A DNA stretch of 54,311 nt, the filler included, from Circinaria calcarea (Eukaryota), in assembly GCA_051942165.1 (NCBI GenBank). It is 4 parts of 4 records of this genome, joined end to end, with 100 filler letters (N's around TTAATTAATTAA, not from the genome) between each part and the next. Parts side by side here need not be neighbours in the genome. Positions count along the whole stretch, not along the records: positions 1 to 13,506 come from JAVECS010000491.1; positions 13,607 to 27,110 come from JAVECS010000492.1; 2 more parts are not named here. One strand, 5' to 3'. Of this stretch, positions 1-13,739 are shown in pieces. The notes beneath the pieces are model-generated. The model saw nothing but the letters and a program-made list of their open reading frames with translations, did not search any database and was not told the origin of the DNA. The first letter of the stretch is position 1, and each line of letters starts with the position of its first letter. Both the position numbers and the translations under genes were made by a program.

Positions 1-1169
1 CCACGGCAGCCAACTCCACTTTCTCGTCGGCCGTGAATCCCCATTCGCTGGTAAAGTCGTCTCCCTCAAACACGACAGAGTTGGCACAGCCATATCTCGT
101 ACAGAAGGTCTTCACTGCCTTGATGATCCATTTCGACATGACCGTTTGACAGGGGATTCCGTGAGCCGGCGTGCGTACAGATTCATACATGGGCTTGTGC
201 AGCTGCCATCTCCGGGGAAGCTCAATAATAAGGCACTCAACAGGTCGCCTGACAATGGTGTTGAGTAGCGAATCGTCCGGATCGTCGTCCATGTCTGCCA
301 AGTCTGCCTTGAAAGCTAGGAGACACTCCCAGTGGTTGAAGCCGAGGATAATTTTCTGGATAGGGTCCCTGAATTTGTTTGGAAGACGATCGAAGAATTT
401 TGTCAATTCCGTACCATTGGAGAACCAAAAGGCCCCTTTGGTGTAAAGAATGGAAGTCGCTTCGTGGTTGATTTGGCGGTTGGCCAAGAGGAGACCCTTT
501 GTTGCCTCGGCAGGGTTCCCGTAGTAGCTATACTCCCCGTAAGGAGAATTGATCGACGGCCCATCTTTGTACCTATATGGACGGAATTCTTTAGTGGCCA
601 AGGCAAAGTCATAGATCTTGTTTCTAAGCTCGCCAGGCAGATTGAGGAATTCGGGGAATGTCTAATATTCAAGATCAGTTTATGTTCCAGACTCGAAAGC
701 AGACCGGAGAGCTTACCGCTCTCTTTACCCAAGCCTTGTACGCCTGCTCAATCCGCCAGCTCTCGCGTCTCACCAGCTCTTGCTTCCGCTCTTCATCTTT
801 CTGCTCCTTGTGTTGTTTCAGCCATTCCAATTCCTCGGCCGTAGGCGAAGGAAGCCTCGGCGTACGGCGCTCCTGGACTTTGGCGAGCTTTTGGAAATAC
901 TCGTTGCCATCAACCCAGCCTGCACCCGAGCGTACTAGTATGGTTGGACTAGTGGGTCGGGGTGAAAAGCTTGCTGCAGACAGCTTGACGCTGATCCTGA
1001 ACCACCTCTGGCTAGGTAGATCGATGGGAGCGATTTGGAAGCATTGGGGTGCTCCGACTTGAAGGGACGTCCTCGAATCTACCTGTGACACGGAAGCTCG
1101 AAGGTCTGCATCACGGCATGCTTGGGTTACACGGCGGTGGAAGGTGTCATGTGCACATTCGGACGACAT
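1..1169 (-). CDS. F-box-like / DUF7730-like hypothetical protein; 2 exons, runs off the window start
   Basis: ATG at 1169 (MSSECAHD). A GT..AG intron at 716-662 joins WVKRA in frame to TFPEFLNLPGELRNKIYDFAL ... LLLANRQINHEATSILY..AFWFS, the usual fungal F-box-like pattern. Confidence 0.65.
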
Positions 1170-2283
1170 GATGCCAAAAAAAATCAACCTCGTACGAGAG
1201 CTGAGATCTCTCGGATTGACGGTTGGACTGTGTAGGAACAAAGCCTTATGGAAGAAAGACTTTGGGAGAGCAGGTTATCGGTGCGACCAAGGACAAGAAG
1301 ATTGTTGGTGGGAAAGAAAAGAAGATTCGAGGTCAAAGACCGAAGACTTATGTGCTTTTTTAAACCAACCAGATTGTGATATTGACTGAACATCCCACTA
1401 AAAGTTGAACACTACGAGAGACGACAAGAATTCGGCTTCATGTGTTATACATTTAGGTCCATATAGGCTTCGACGATAAAGAGTACATAGATAGAGTTGA
1501 TTGAATTGATTGGATCTCCAGTAACAATATCATAATATCAACAAAAAATGTATACTTATTCCATCAGTTTGATAGTAACTTACCTATACGAACCGCGCTC
1601 CCTCAAATCAAGTTGCTTCCAATAAATAATCTCTCCTACATCCACGACGGGAGGTCACCGTCCTCGTAGTTCATATATAAAACTCCTCAACCGTCCTCCA
1701 TCCCCCGTGTCCTCTCCTCCCCAGTGCAAGATAAAATAAAGGTAGTTCATCTCCAAACACCCCAATCCCCAAAACGCAGTGAAGAAATATTAACCCCCTG
1801 ACTCCCCTAACCCCCTTCCTCTAGCCTACCCTTACCTTTCCGGCTTGCCCGCTGTAGGCCCCCCCCACTGTGAGCGAACGTGAGCCGAACAAACAATTCT
1901 GGACCATCAGTGGGAGGGGGAGAGTAAGGGCGAAAGCAAGCCTTTAGGAGAATAATAAATGGGGATCAGGAAGAAAAAAAAAAAAAAAGCCAAAGCTGGA
2001 GATTTCCTACTCAAGCAACCCCACGCGCAAACGCAAACGCAAAAATTGCACCGGGGATCCCCCCAAGCCCGCAACGCGCAAACCTCCACAAAGTTTCAGG
2101 CGGAAAGCGTTTTCGCCAAATACACTTACTACCGTGATCTTGTTTGGTGTTTGGTATGTATTACTTAGGGCCTGGAGAAGATTGTGAATTGGAATCAGGA
2201 GGCAGGCATAATAAATGGCCGCTATGAAGAAGGTAGTGAGTACCGCTGTGAACAGTTGAAAGATTAATTATCAAAGTTTGGTC

Positions 2284-2347
2284 ACTTCACTTCATTTAGC
2301 CGACTTCACTTCACTGAGCTAACTTCACTTCATTTAGCTAACTTCAC
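2284..2347. repeat. 19-bp tandem repeat (ACTTCACTTCATTTAGCYR), about 3.4 copies, downstream of RPN2
   Basis: Units start at 2284, 2303 and 2322, with a partial unit at 2341. Confidence 0.85.
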
Positions 2348-2512
2348 ACATGCCTCCTTGCTTTGCCTTCTTTCAAACTAAAGTAAAATTCTATGATACA
2401 CTCACGATGCACTCTATGCCCTCTCCGACGACCAGGCAATGCTCCAAGCCTTTTCCGGAAGATAATACCTCGAGAAGCAGTGATTAGTAATACAACACTC
2501 ATAGAAGCCCAT

Positions 2513-5500
2513 CTAGTTCTCATCCCCGCCGTCGGAATGATACTCAAACTCCCCTGGCGTATCCGCCTCCTCAGCACCCTCGCCATCTTCGTCAATGGCT
2601 GTAAGTACACCTGCAGCTTCTGCAGCCCCAGTGGCCTCATTTGAAGATCCTCCAGCAGTTGTCTGCTGGCCGAAAGCATCGTTTACGCGGTCCTGCAAGG
2701 TCTCCGACGCAACAGCAACTTTGACGCTCTTTCTGGCCTTGAATTCTATGAGGGACTTGGGCTCAGACGGTGTATTATCGATCACGAGAATAACGCCTCC
2801 AGTTGGCTATAAAGCAATTAGCATAGAGAAATAGATACATACAGAGATTAGCGTACCTTCTTGACAGGTTCATACCTCCCGTCAGGGAAGCTGATGAACT
2901 TCAACTGTGCCGGAAGTACTCTTGACATATTCTCTATCTCGTAACCGACCTTTTCCTTTTCCATACGCTTCTTAAGACCTTCTGGTGCTGCAGCTGGTAT
3001 CTCTTTTGCTTCTTCGCCTTCCTTTGCCTCAGGCTCCGATTTCTCCCCCTCTTTCTTGTCTTCATCGCCTTTAGCAGTAGGCTCATCTGTATCCATCTTA
3101 TCGTCCATGGTGCTCACCTTAGGTGTCGTGGGTGTCTGATCGATATCCATACTTTCACGCCTTTGTTGCTTTTCTTTTTTTTGTGCTCTTCGCTTCGCTT
3201 GTGCAGTTGTCGATAGTACAGCGGTCTTGACCTTTTCCGGTGCATCTTCTACCTTCGCCTCTTGTTCGGGAGGGTAGTCAAACAAGCTGGGTCGAGTAGC
3301 ACTATGAAATTTGAAGCTCGGTGCTTCGAGATCTTGATCGAGGGCAATAACCGACGTGGGCGTGAAACTGAGGGAAAGGAAATGTGTCAACGGGAACCAA
3401 TACCAGTATTGTGTGAAGACTGCCATGCCGACAATTCCGGCCATGTTAAGATTGCCAGTCTGGGTCTGCAGGCTGATGGTGCAATTTCGACCACCAGCAT
3501 CGATTATGCCTAAAGACACCGCACTGCCGAATTTAGTCATTGCATCCTCGTGTCGGTCGCCGATGGCCTTTTGCAAGGTCTTTCGAATGGTGCCGACTTT
3601 AGGATTCATAGCTTCGTTTTGCTGTACCATGATCATCGATAACGAGATCAAGGCACCTTGGCGGACAAAATCCGTGGGATCTTTAATCATTGGCTCCAAC
3701 AGGTCAATGGCTTCATCCAGGCCAGTGCCTGCGCAGGAAATACCGAGAGCCATCGCGGCGCCATACCGGACATGAGGATTGTAGGATTCTGATAGGAGCT
3801 CTACCATTCGTGGAACACTGTTTGGTTTCCGGAACAGAATGAAGCCCAAACTCATAACTGCTATCCTTCGGACGTCGTCGCTAACATCGCTAACCGCTAC
3901 GTGAAGCAACTTGCGTACGGCCTTGTTGCTGCTTGTACCACAATACGCCAACGCTAGAGTTTGAATGCCACCGTAGCGTAGTATGGGATCCGGATCCTCA
4001 AGAAGCCAGTTGACCAGCTGGTCCGCACCTTCCTGTCTACCATACATGATTAGGGCCATGCCAAGCGCCAGGCCCCGGACGATCTTCTCATGTTGTGTGT
4101 CGTGTGCGTACTGTATCATGTCCTCAAGAGCCTTGACGCTGCCAGTCCCCAGCATAATTAAACCCATAGCAATCCCAACGGCTTCACCATTAAGAGCTGA
4201 ATCTGTGTAAAGCACATTTTTCAGATCATCGTAGATACCTTCGTCCCCGGTGGCCATGCCAGCAACACCAAGACCAAGTGCACCACCATGCTGCACGACT
4301 TCTTCAGTCGCCTTCTTGAAGTGGCCACGAATAAGGTCCAGCGCGAATGTCTCATGGTTAGCATAGATCAGACCGAGTGCGTAAAGTGAACCGCCCTGAC
4401 TATATGCTGAACCAGTGTTCGCTCCCGCAATCTGATCCTTTGGTAGATATGGCTCTAGCAACTTTTGGCCTTGGCCAAGGTTTCCTCGATGTATGACACC
4501 TAGTGCTGCAGTAGCAGTAAATTTTGACCAGTTTACGGCTTTGCCAAGCCATTCAAGATTGTCTCTGAAAAACCTATCATTCGTGGTCCCGGCATGCATG
4601 AAAGCATTGGCAAGAGTAACAGCCGTGTGAAATATCGAGTTCCTTGCCTCTAAGCTATCCTTGATCTTGTTGAGAATGCTCATGTCGGTACGATTGTTCC
4701 GGTACAGGAACTCTAAATCGAGCTCTATGGTCTTAGTTCCTCGAAGAATGTCTCCTATTGACTCGAACGCCTTCTGTGCTTCTGCAGAAAGCGGCTCCTG
4801 CTTTTTTGGCGAGTCATTCATTGAGGAAGCTGGTGCGCCAGCGCTGTCATTGAGCTCTTGAAGCAACTGTTCCGACTCTTCCGTATGGGCATTAGTGTCC
4901 TGCTCCATCTGATCCGAATGCACTTCTGTAGATGGCGCAGGCGCTGTTGGTAAATCTTGTCTAACCTTCTTGAGGAATTCTTGGGTACTATTGTCATACA
5001 TGTCAAAAGCAATCTGGTAAGCAATAGCTAAGGACTTCGCGTCTCCTTTCTTCACTAGTAAACTTAGGAGATTAGAAGCCATCTTGTGTTCGTTTAGATA
5101 TACGATGCACTTTGCAATGGAGAAGTATTCAGGTGCAGGGATATCGTTCAGCAGATCGAGAATCAGTCGAAGTATCTGTGTTTGATTAGCTTTAGCCTTT
5201 ACGGTTATTCGGGCAAATGTTGCGTACCTCATTACGCAGCCCCCGCTCTTGCACAATCCCCATACAGATATCCAGCACGTATTCCATGAGCTCTTCACCT
5301 CGTTCCACCAAGTCTCCCCCGCGCGTATTCCTCTCCTTCTTCTGATCTTCGTTAGCCCGCAGAATAGTTTGCCGTAGCTTATCTAGGTTCCGGGCCTCGA
5401 CCGCAATACCCACCACCTGTCGGTATCGCCCTTTACGGTAACATCGTTCAAAGAGCTGCTCGACAATGGCGTGAAGTTGTTTCTGTATGCCCCTCTGTAA

Positions 5501-6097
5501 TATTAACGGGGAAGGGTGTGCGCCAGGAATGCCAGCGTTGCCCCCTCCCGGCAGGGACGGGTCAAAGGTAGTTGAGCTATCCTGCCGAGATAGAAGAGAC
5601 TTGGATGGTAAGGTGGACTGCGAGAAGGGAGTTGTTGGTGAGGCGAGAACGGCCGACGTACTTGCGGCGCCATTTACCGTTGAGGGAAAAGCAGTAGTGA
5701 GCTGGGGCAGAGCCTGGTTGACGGTGTTTGCCGGCACAGCGGGGTTGTGCATGGCGGACAGGGCAATGTAGGTGTCCACGCATTTTGAAATGATCGTATC
5801 CTCAAACTCGCCGTCGTTGTCGAGGTTGAACAGCTTGCCAGCACCAAGCGCAAAGACCATACTCTCGTCGTACTCTTGCAGATTGTAGTACACTTTGGCG
5901 GCTACAAGTGCTGCCAGTTCACGTTCGGGAAATGACTCGTCCTCGTACAAAGCCTCAATCTCCCCTACTGATCCTGCAACTTCGGTCCATAGTGATTCGA
6001 TCTCCTCGTCAAGTACTCGGAGCGCGAAGATTTGAAGCTCGGGATCTGGTTCTGACAGAAACCCCACAACACCAGCGGCCGATGTCAAGCCCACCAT
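2513..6097 (-). CDS. RPN2: 26S proteasome regulatory subunit Rpn2 (PSMD1); 3 exons (6097-5228, 5175-2857, 2806-2513)
   Basis: N-terminus MVGLTSAAGVVGFLSE, NLEWLGKAVNWSKFTATAALGVIH, PC repeats, LLSESYNPHVRYG, FTQYWYWFPL, and C-terminal NMSRVLPAQLKFI..RYEPVK|PTGGVIL. Two canonical 50-52 nt introns. Confidence 0.97.
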
Positions 6098-7028
6098 CGT
6101 CTCTTTCCCCTTCGATGTCCGTCCGATCGTCTGTGGTGTCTGCTTTGATAGATGAATAGGCCTAGTTCAGCGCCTCGCAGTAGATGATCAAGGCGGCTCC
6201 CGGATTCGACGGTAGGCTTAGCAGTACGGAATGACAAGTCAGGGAGCTTAGAGAACAGCTTTTTGATTAGGTATAAGGGTAGGTGAGAGTGAGGAAGTAA
6301 AGCCTTGTCATTGAAAGACCTGGGTATGGGGAAGAGAAAAGCTGGCAGCTTGATGATCAGGTGAATCAACTCCGGGCACGTCAACCTGCGCTCTCGCTTC
6401 TGCCTCCGACAACACTAGTCTTGATTTGGACGTGTCAGTGTCGAATTTTGGCCGAGAGGATTTCGTCAAACGAAAGTATTCCATAGACTTTTTATATGGT
6501 CGATGTAGGGCAATTGAGTTGTATATAATGTGAAAGGAGTGTGCTACTAGATTCTGGAGCTGCTCTAATACTCATGCCTTTGTAACTGGGTCCTTCGTAG
6601 CTACCTAGAATACCAAGAGCTGTGAAACAGAGGGCCGCTATCCAAACAGTACGCGACGCAAGCTACGGTAGATCACATATAGATGTCAAAATACATCGGC
6701 CAGGCAGCGATAGTAACCGTCTAGGATAATATTACCACCAGCAAGTTTTTGATATCTTAAGCAGAGGGTACTGCTACGGAGTACTTACTGCTACTCCAAG
6801 TCTATCAGGCTTTGATAATTTCCCAGGCCCGCTGATATTGCGGCAGAGTTAGCTTGGCGAGCTTCAAGATCTTTCCTGAGGGCTTAGCCAGAGTGTGATG
6901 CTCAATCGCACCGTATCGACTTCTCAGGGATATCTGGGAGGATAGATCTTTCGCCGTTTCAACGGGGGGGAAGACACTCCCGGCAGTACGCCGTTGAAGA
7001 GGTGGGGAAAACTCAGAGACCAGTCGGC

Positions 7029-9837
7029 ATGGATTTGAAGTCGATTATAAACTCAGACAGCACGAATGCGCCTCCGCCTCGAGCAGCATCGAATCGAGAA
7101 GCATCAGGCAGTCAAAACCATCATTACCATCAGCAAGGCCATCAAGTTCCTTACCATGCGCCGTTGCCAGCCTACCAAGGGGGCCGCCATGACACACGTC
7201 CGCCGCAACCACCTCCGCTACAGCCACCGCCGCATCGTGACCTTCGGTCCCCAACTGGGTCACTGTCACATCAATCTACGCAATCTCCTTACACAAACAC
7301 CCCTACGTCTTCCTTAGGCGGAACTCAGTATCCATTCCCCCATCATGTCAATCCAAATTCTGCGCAAGGCTCGCAGGCCGTGCCGTTTTACCCACAACGA
7401 GACCGGACCACCACTATTGTGGCTCCTGGAATACAAAACTATGGTCAAACAAGTCCGTCCATCCTGACTCCCACTACCACCACCCCAGGTAGTTCATACG
7501 GGCACCAGCAGCATCAGCGTCCCCAAAGCTCGCATTCTTCCATGACCCCAACTTCGGCGCAAAGTCACGTACAGAATTTTCCAAGGGACAGTCCGCATGC
7601 CATTCAAACTCATGTGACAAATCAACCGCCGCGATACTCTGGTCAACTCTACCAGTCTCAGCCTGGGACGCCCTTAGGCCCACCACCAATTGTTGGCCGC
7701 CCTAGTCCTAGTCTGCACCGAGAGGGATCGAGCTCCTACACATATGATCATCAGCGGACTCAGTCCGGAAGCTCTTATGGTCACCCACAAGGAGCCGCTC
7801 CTTCGCCGATTACAGAAACTCCCGGTCCTATCGCCGCATCTCCAACCGGGTATGATCACCGGCAGCATCCCTCACGTCGTCGAAGTTACCTTACGGATGA
7901 AGATCGAGAGAGGAGTTTAAGTGTAAGCCCAAAAACCAGACTACCAAGTCAGACAAGAGTAGAGCCACACGAGGTCACACAAGAGCAGCCGAGGGTTTGG
8001 GGTAACGGACAAGTGACCCCCGCAAAGCGCAAAGGAATCGACCACATCCCTGAAGAAAAGCCTCCTCTCACTACTCATGAGTCAACTCAACCTTACCAAT
8101 CAGCCCATATGGATAACGGAGTTGTGAATGGCGAGTTCATTCCTTCGAATGTCGAGGAGCAAAGGACACTTAAAGACTTGTCCCATGGTCAAGGACAGCA
8201 GCGGATGAACACAATGTCACCGAAAATTGTATCTACATCGATATGCAATCAATATAGCAAGGAAGCCGATTGGCCTATTTCTCAAGGAATACCGGATTCT
8301 GTCTCTCAAAGAATGTCCAACGCCGGGTTACCTCCTGCAACGCCTCTGCGTCAACAGCCTTCAACATCGCAGTCTCACAATGCTCATCAGACGCCCTCAT
8401 CGCGAATTTCACCCAGGGCTCCATCAGGAGGACATTCAAGCAACCCGGTCACAACGACAGTCTCGGCCGTGCCATCTTCTAGTATCAAACTCGAACCTAG
8501 ATCACCTCCGATTGCTGCGAATTTCTCACAGCCGGCTAGGAAACGCCCACGACATGAAGAACCGCCCATTTACGCCCGCAGCGTGAAAGCAAATCGAGGA
8601 AATCCCATGTTAGCCAGTAAACGTCCGCCCATAAACAGGGTAGCGACCGTGAAGCAGGAGCTTATTGACGCTCAGATCAAGAGCCCTGCTCAGGCACCTC
8701 CACTAACAATCAAAGATGAAAGTAATGGTCACCCACCACCTTGTACTGACATTCTCTTGCCCAAAGCTCAGCCTGCTTTTGAAAACGATGGACCTTTAGG
8801 GCCTTGGGAGCCAAGTATCCTAAATTTGACCCCCGCGGACGAGCTCACTCGTGAAATCAGCAATTTCCTTTTCGTACAGGTGGTTAGTCGAGACGACGTT
8901 GGATCTGGTGCTGTCATTGAGATTGAAGCCAAGCTTGGGCAGCTGATCGACAAAAACACCAACGACCGTTTGCGTTTACCAGTAGCAACAGAATGCATAC
9001 TTAGCAAAACCGACCCGAACCTACGGATCAGCTTCAAGAGTTCGATGACCGAGGTAACTGATTGTATCCCTCCGAAGCAGAGCAACTGGCTAATATCATT
9101 TCAACAAACAGTCTCAGCATCGTACTCTAAACGGCTTCTTAAATGAAGCTCTCAAGACCTCCCTCATCAAGAAGCCCCCCACCGCAGCTTCCCTCCCTCC
9201 CAAACCCCGTATCCCCATGACCTACGTCCATACCCGAGAACGCGACGCATTCTACGAGCTCTCTCAAGCCGGCGAACTCTCCCTCCCGCCCTCGATCCGC
9301 GCCCAGCTCAGCCATCGCCACAACAATAAAGCCAAAGTCCGTATCACGACCGACCAGAAGACCGGCAAGGAACTCGCCAAGATCGTGAAAGCGAGAGTTG
9401 CAGATCTGGACGTGTACAGCCCGCGCACGCCATTCGACTGGCGGGTCAGCGTGAATCTGGAAATGACTTTTGAGGGGGATATGCGGCATCTGGTCGAGGT
9501 GCAGGAGGGGCAGCGGCGGGCCAAGGATCGGAATAAGGACCGTATGACGTATCGGCATTTGGCCTATCAGATTGACCTGACGCAGGTTACGCCGGCCGAG
9601 GTTTGTTTTTCCCTAATTTGACAATTGTTCCAACGAATACCAGGAACCGGAGACTGACAAAGCATCCAGGCCACCTCTCACGCCGACAAGGAGCACGAGT
9701 TGGAAATCGAAGTCTCCACCGCCGAAGTACGCCGGCAGGGACTCTTGGCGCGGGATGGGCAGGTGACTCAGTACGAGGATCTGATCAGAGGCTTCGTGGA
9801 CAATGTACGGGTTTTGGCTAGGAATTGCGCGGGCTAG
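7029..9837 (+). CDS. CET1: mRNA-capping RNA 5'-triphosphatase (Cet1, CYTH/TTM family) with long low-complexity N-terminus; exons 7029-9053, 9112-9600, 9670-9837
   Basis: PWEPSI motif, motif A IEIEAKLG, KVRITTD, DWRVSVNLE, RNKDRMTY, QIDLTQV and motif C HELEIE. Canonical introns restore the frame; stop TAG at 9835-9837. Confidence 0.95.
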
Positions 9838-10678
9838 TGAGAAGAGGGGGGGGAAGGGAAAGAAGGGAAGGGAAGGAGGAGGGAGCCTGAGGCTGTGGGA
9901 GTGGGGAGCACGGATTCTATTCTTCTACTGTATCATATATGAGATACCCCATTTTTTGGTTTGTGAGTCTGATTCTTTGGACTCATGGGTCTTTGATTGA
10001 ATGTGAACGTGAATGTGATCATGGACGTGTGTAGAGCTTTGCAAGGCACGAAAAAGGGGAAAGCATAAGTAGAGGTTCGGGTATGGATGATCCGTAAGGT
10101 CAGATGTAGCGGATTGCTCATGGGAACAAGTAGTCTGCCATCGAATTGTTCTTACGTGGTACGGGAGCAGGTGAACAGGATAAATTGGACCCTTTCCAGT
10201 AAACATGGGGATAGATTTATTGAACTAGAGTGCCACCCATTACAATGTTACCAAGAAATCTCCATTGGTTCGAGACACGTCTGATACTTTTAATAGTATT
10301 AGATCAAGTTACTTCTCCCTTGATAGAAAACCCTCACGCTGGCCGATAGTAAAGACTCGTTGATTTTCCATGCTCCGGTCGTAGGCTCCTCTTCCGTGCT
10401 CGAGGTGCAGTATTGGGAACTGATCTGCTATCTGCTTAGCTGTGTTCATCTTTCGGTATCCGGGTTTGGGTTTCGGCTTACATTCTGTTGCCGTGGTATG
10501 GAAAGGCGCGTCTTTTTCTTTGTTAAATGTGGTAACTCCATTGAGATGGGAATCCATTGCAGGCTAGGTCTGTAACCCGCTCGTAACGCACTACCATACA
10601 TATTGTACGGAGTGCTTGATTCGCTCGCTTTGATCCAAGATACGGCCGACAGCTAGACTTTGTGAAAAGAGGCTGTTT

Positions 10679-12013
10679 TTAAGATGGTATCCTATCCTCG
10701 GGGTGGTAGGCCTTGTCAAACCAAGGTACGCAAGTTGAATTGCAGTGGCATGATGATCTCCGGCAAGATATCACACCCATGGTATCAAAGTGCTCGCTTT
10801 CGGGAAGGGCTTCGAGGAGCCGAATCGGTTCTTTTCGGTCGAGGATTTTTCGAAAGCAATCTTTTTGATCGTCCTTGATGGCACCCTCCAGTATGACCTT
10901 GAGGCCCGGCCAAATGTACTCGTAGATCGCCGCAAATATGACCCAGCAGATTGCTCTTTGACACGATGCAAAGAAATCATTACAGCGACGGCCGCGCCGG
11001 TGAGGAAATACGATTTCAAGGGTTTCCAAGTTGACAAGGTTCAATAAGCAGGTAGGAGGTCTCCTCCGTCCAAGAGGTCTACATTTCCCGTCAATGAATT
11101 CGTGAACCTCATCAAATGAAGGGTGCGACAGTGCACACAATTTTGCATCAAAGAGCATTAGGAAGCGATTGGTGGTGAGTTTGAGGCTTACGAATCGTAA
11201 GGCGGCGTGGTTACGCTGGGTCATGCTTTCCAACGATCTGGTCAATTGAAACCTATGTTTGAATTCGAAGGTTGTACGCCGGAAGATCAGGTATTTCGTT
11301 TCTTGATTTGTTTGCTTATTGACGAGGTAGAGGTTGGTTGGAGGTAATGGATGGTATTTGAAACAGGGCTTATCCTGTCCATCATCTCCACTGCGGCAGA
11401 CTCCGTCACAATGTCCAGGCGAGTAAACTCGCGGTAGTCGTTCAAGAACCATAGAGAGAATGACGTTACGGAGCTCTCCCGGCAGCTCGCGGAATGGAAA
11501 GCCATTTAGTAGCCACCACCTTCGATACAATTCTTCATGCACGCGCTCGGGGATATGAAGTTCTCTCAACTTGGCCTTGTCAGCTAACAGCAATTTCCAA
11601 AGTTTAGCCTTGTCGAGGCTCTCCCAGGACCTGATTTTGAAAGAGGTGAGGAAATCTTGAAGGGGTACCAGCTGACAGCCCCGACGCAGCATGATTTTCG
11701 ATTCTCCAACCATCCATAGGTTGACTTTGAAAGGTAATGTGCTTGGCGATCTTATGCTATAGAGGTTGACCTTTTCTTGACGGCATGAAATCCCATTACT
11801 GGCAGGCAATAACGTGATTGGATCGAGACAATGGTCGAAGTCAGAGGAATTCACAACTTGTATCATGGCACGTGCTGCAGAAAGGATAGGATTCTTTCGA
11901 GGGGATACCCCCTTCACTGGCCAAGGATCCCAGGCTGTTAGATTCGCACGGCGGGACTTATCATGTAGGTAGAAAGCACTTGCAGAGTTTGAACGTCCCT
12001 TCGACTTCGTCAT
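10679..12013 (-). CDS. Hypothetical protein with F-box-like motif; exact start and any upstream exon uncertain
   Basis: Long ORF containing FPFRELPGELRNVILSMVL and LYLVNKQTNQETKYLIF..TFEF. First in-frame ATG at 12013. Confidence 0.6.
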   Translation of the reverse strand: MTKSKGRSNSASAFYLHDKSRRANLTAWDPWPVKGVSPRKNPILSAARAMIQVVNSSDFDHCLDPITLLPASNGISCRQEKVNLYSIRSPSTLPFKVNLWMVGESKIMLRRGCQLVPLQDFLTSFKIRSWESLDKAKLWKLLLADKAKLRELHIPERVHEELYRRWWLLNGFPFRELPGELRNVILSMVLERLPRVYSPGHCDGVCRSGDDGQDKPCFKYHPLPPTNLYLVNKQTNQETKYLIFRRTTFEFKHRFQLTRSLESMTQRNHAALRFVSLKLTTNRFLMLFDAKLCALSHPSFDEVHEFIDGKCRPLGRRRPPTCLLNLVNLETLEIVFPHRRGRRCNDFFASCQRAICWVIFAAIYEYIWPGLKVILEGAIKDDQKDCFRKILDRKEPIRLLEALPESEHFDTMGVISCRRSSCHCNSTCVPWFDKAYHPEDRIPS

Positions 12014-12834
12014 GGTACCGAAGAGGGAGGGACCTTCACACCGAGAACCCAAGTACGATAGTTGTGGTAATATATGGCTTTGCTGTTTTCAATACTCCTT
12101 AACAGATACCTTGATGACAAGACAGCGTTAGCACTGGACCAAGTGCATTCGTAGCAACTGATGAAATCATGTTGAAACTTAAAGGTGTGATGGTCAAGGT
12201 AGTTGAAGCTTCAAGATTTTTGACTTTCAGACCAAAGTTCCTGAACACTGGCTGACCTGTGTCTGGAAAGATAGCCTCTTCCATACTTTTCAACGTCTTG
12301 CTTTCTGATCCTACTTGTTCATCACGGCAAGTTGAAGAAGTCAGGTAACCATTGCAGAAGAGAGGAGGGACCTCAGCCTCGAGAATGTACGAGGTGCATC
12401 ACATGCCTAATCGTAGAGGCTTTCGCCCTACCACGCGGGTGACAGACAAGATGCGACGCCCACCGTATTTACTTACCTAACTACCATATGGTAGCAGGCA
12501 TAACAGATGTTAGTGTGGTTGTCTTGCAATAATCATAGAAGGCCCAAACAACGGTTTGTTTTCATACAGAAAGACGGAATATACACCGGAGGATGTCCTC
12601 CATATTAAACCTCTTTTTAATAGAATTTATACAGCCTTTGCTGAGTGTACCGGGGTTGGTCGAAACCCACGCTAACATCTATTGTCCCTGCAACCATAGT
12701 AAGTATAGGCCCCAAATTTGTGAGGATGATTACCGTATTCGAGTAGGATACTTTGGTCCGCCGTAGAGTACGAATTGGAAAGGTTCAGGTTCAGGTTCAT
12801 CTGCAAGTTACTACAGACCTGCGCCGGGTTAATT

Positions 12835-13506
12835 ATGAACGTTGGGCGCCATTTTGTGAGGCAGCCTACTAACTACGACTCCGTCTGTATACGATGTCTT
12901 GCACGCATATCCCTATTGAAGCCGAGCGTCACAGACAGGGCTTTCTCGGCCTCCGCCAGAAGCCTTGAAGAGTTTAGCACAAAGGTCCCGCCACAGCAGA
13001 TATTTCGACGGGCATACTTCTCCGCAAATGGCTCCCTTGATGGATTACGGAGTGAGGTTCTGAAGAAAGTTTGGAAACCTTCCAACCTCGATGTACCCCC
13101 CGAGCATGATGCTTCTGCAAACCCGCCAAGGCCCCCAGATCCGCCCTCACCCGGGCTCAAGCATATTGACAAAGAACGACAGCCTTTGGAGTCCGCAAAT
13201 AGAAGGGAGGTGTATAATATAAACCATACGTCGGCCACCGAAAACACCATGGCGCCAGACGCCTCGTCTCGCCTCACAACCATCTCTACCCGCCTTCCAC
13301 CGTCGTCTTTGCGGCGCCTCTTTATGACCTACCTATCGCTTTCCAAACCTCGTCTCTCTTTTCTGATTGTCCTCACTACGGCCGCCACCTACTCTATATA
13401 CCCTGTCCCCGCAGTCTTGCTCCCATCTACCACCGTTGCGCCTTCGCTATCGGCGCTCACCCTTGTGTTCCTTACTGGTGGCACGGCGCTATGTACCGCG
13501 TCGGCA
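12835..13506 (+). CDS. COX10: Protoheme IX farnesyltransferase (heme O synthase), 5' part only, cut by the gap
   Basis: Mitochondrial-like N-terminus followed by YLSLSKPRLSFLIVLTTAATYSIYP...LTLVFLTGGTALCTASA, the start of the Cox10 UbiA domain. Confidence 0.9.
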
Positions 13507-13606
13507 NNNNNNNNNNNNNNNNNNNNNNNNNNNNNNNNNNNNNNNNNNNNTTAATTAATTAANNNNNNNNNNNNNNNNNNNNNNNNNNNNNNNNNNNNNN
13601 NNNNNN
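13507..13606. other. Artificial contig spacer (N44 + TTAATTAATTAA + N44)
   Basis: Exactly 100 nt with a six-frame-stop linker; the same structure occurs three times. Confidence 0.97.
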
Positions 13607-13739
13607 ATTTGCTGTTCCGCATGGAGTGGGCAAGCTACAGGGGCATGACTACCATAAATACTACTATAAACCCATAGTATTTCGATAGTTCAATACCAGA
13701 AATTGACCTCTCAAAATGCTACAGCACAACGTGACCGTA

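Noticed and set aside
3262..5771. Plus-strand ORFs antisense to RPN2 (and similar shadow ORFs over pol, VAS1 and CET1)
   Set aside because: Shadow frames of well-supported genes.
6100..7028. Rpn4/PACE site in the RPN2-CET1 divergent promoter
   Set aside because: No GGTGGCAAA was seen; only short GGAGCT hexamers, which are expected by chance.
13551..13562. TTAATTAATTAA as a biological palindrome or target site
   Set aside because: It is a six-frame-stop linker embedded in N runs.
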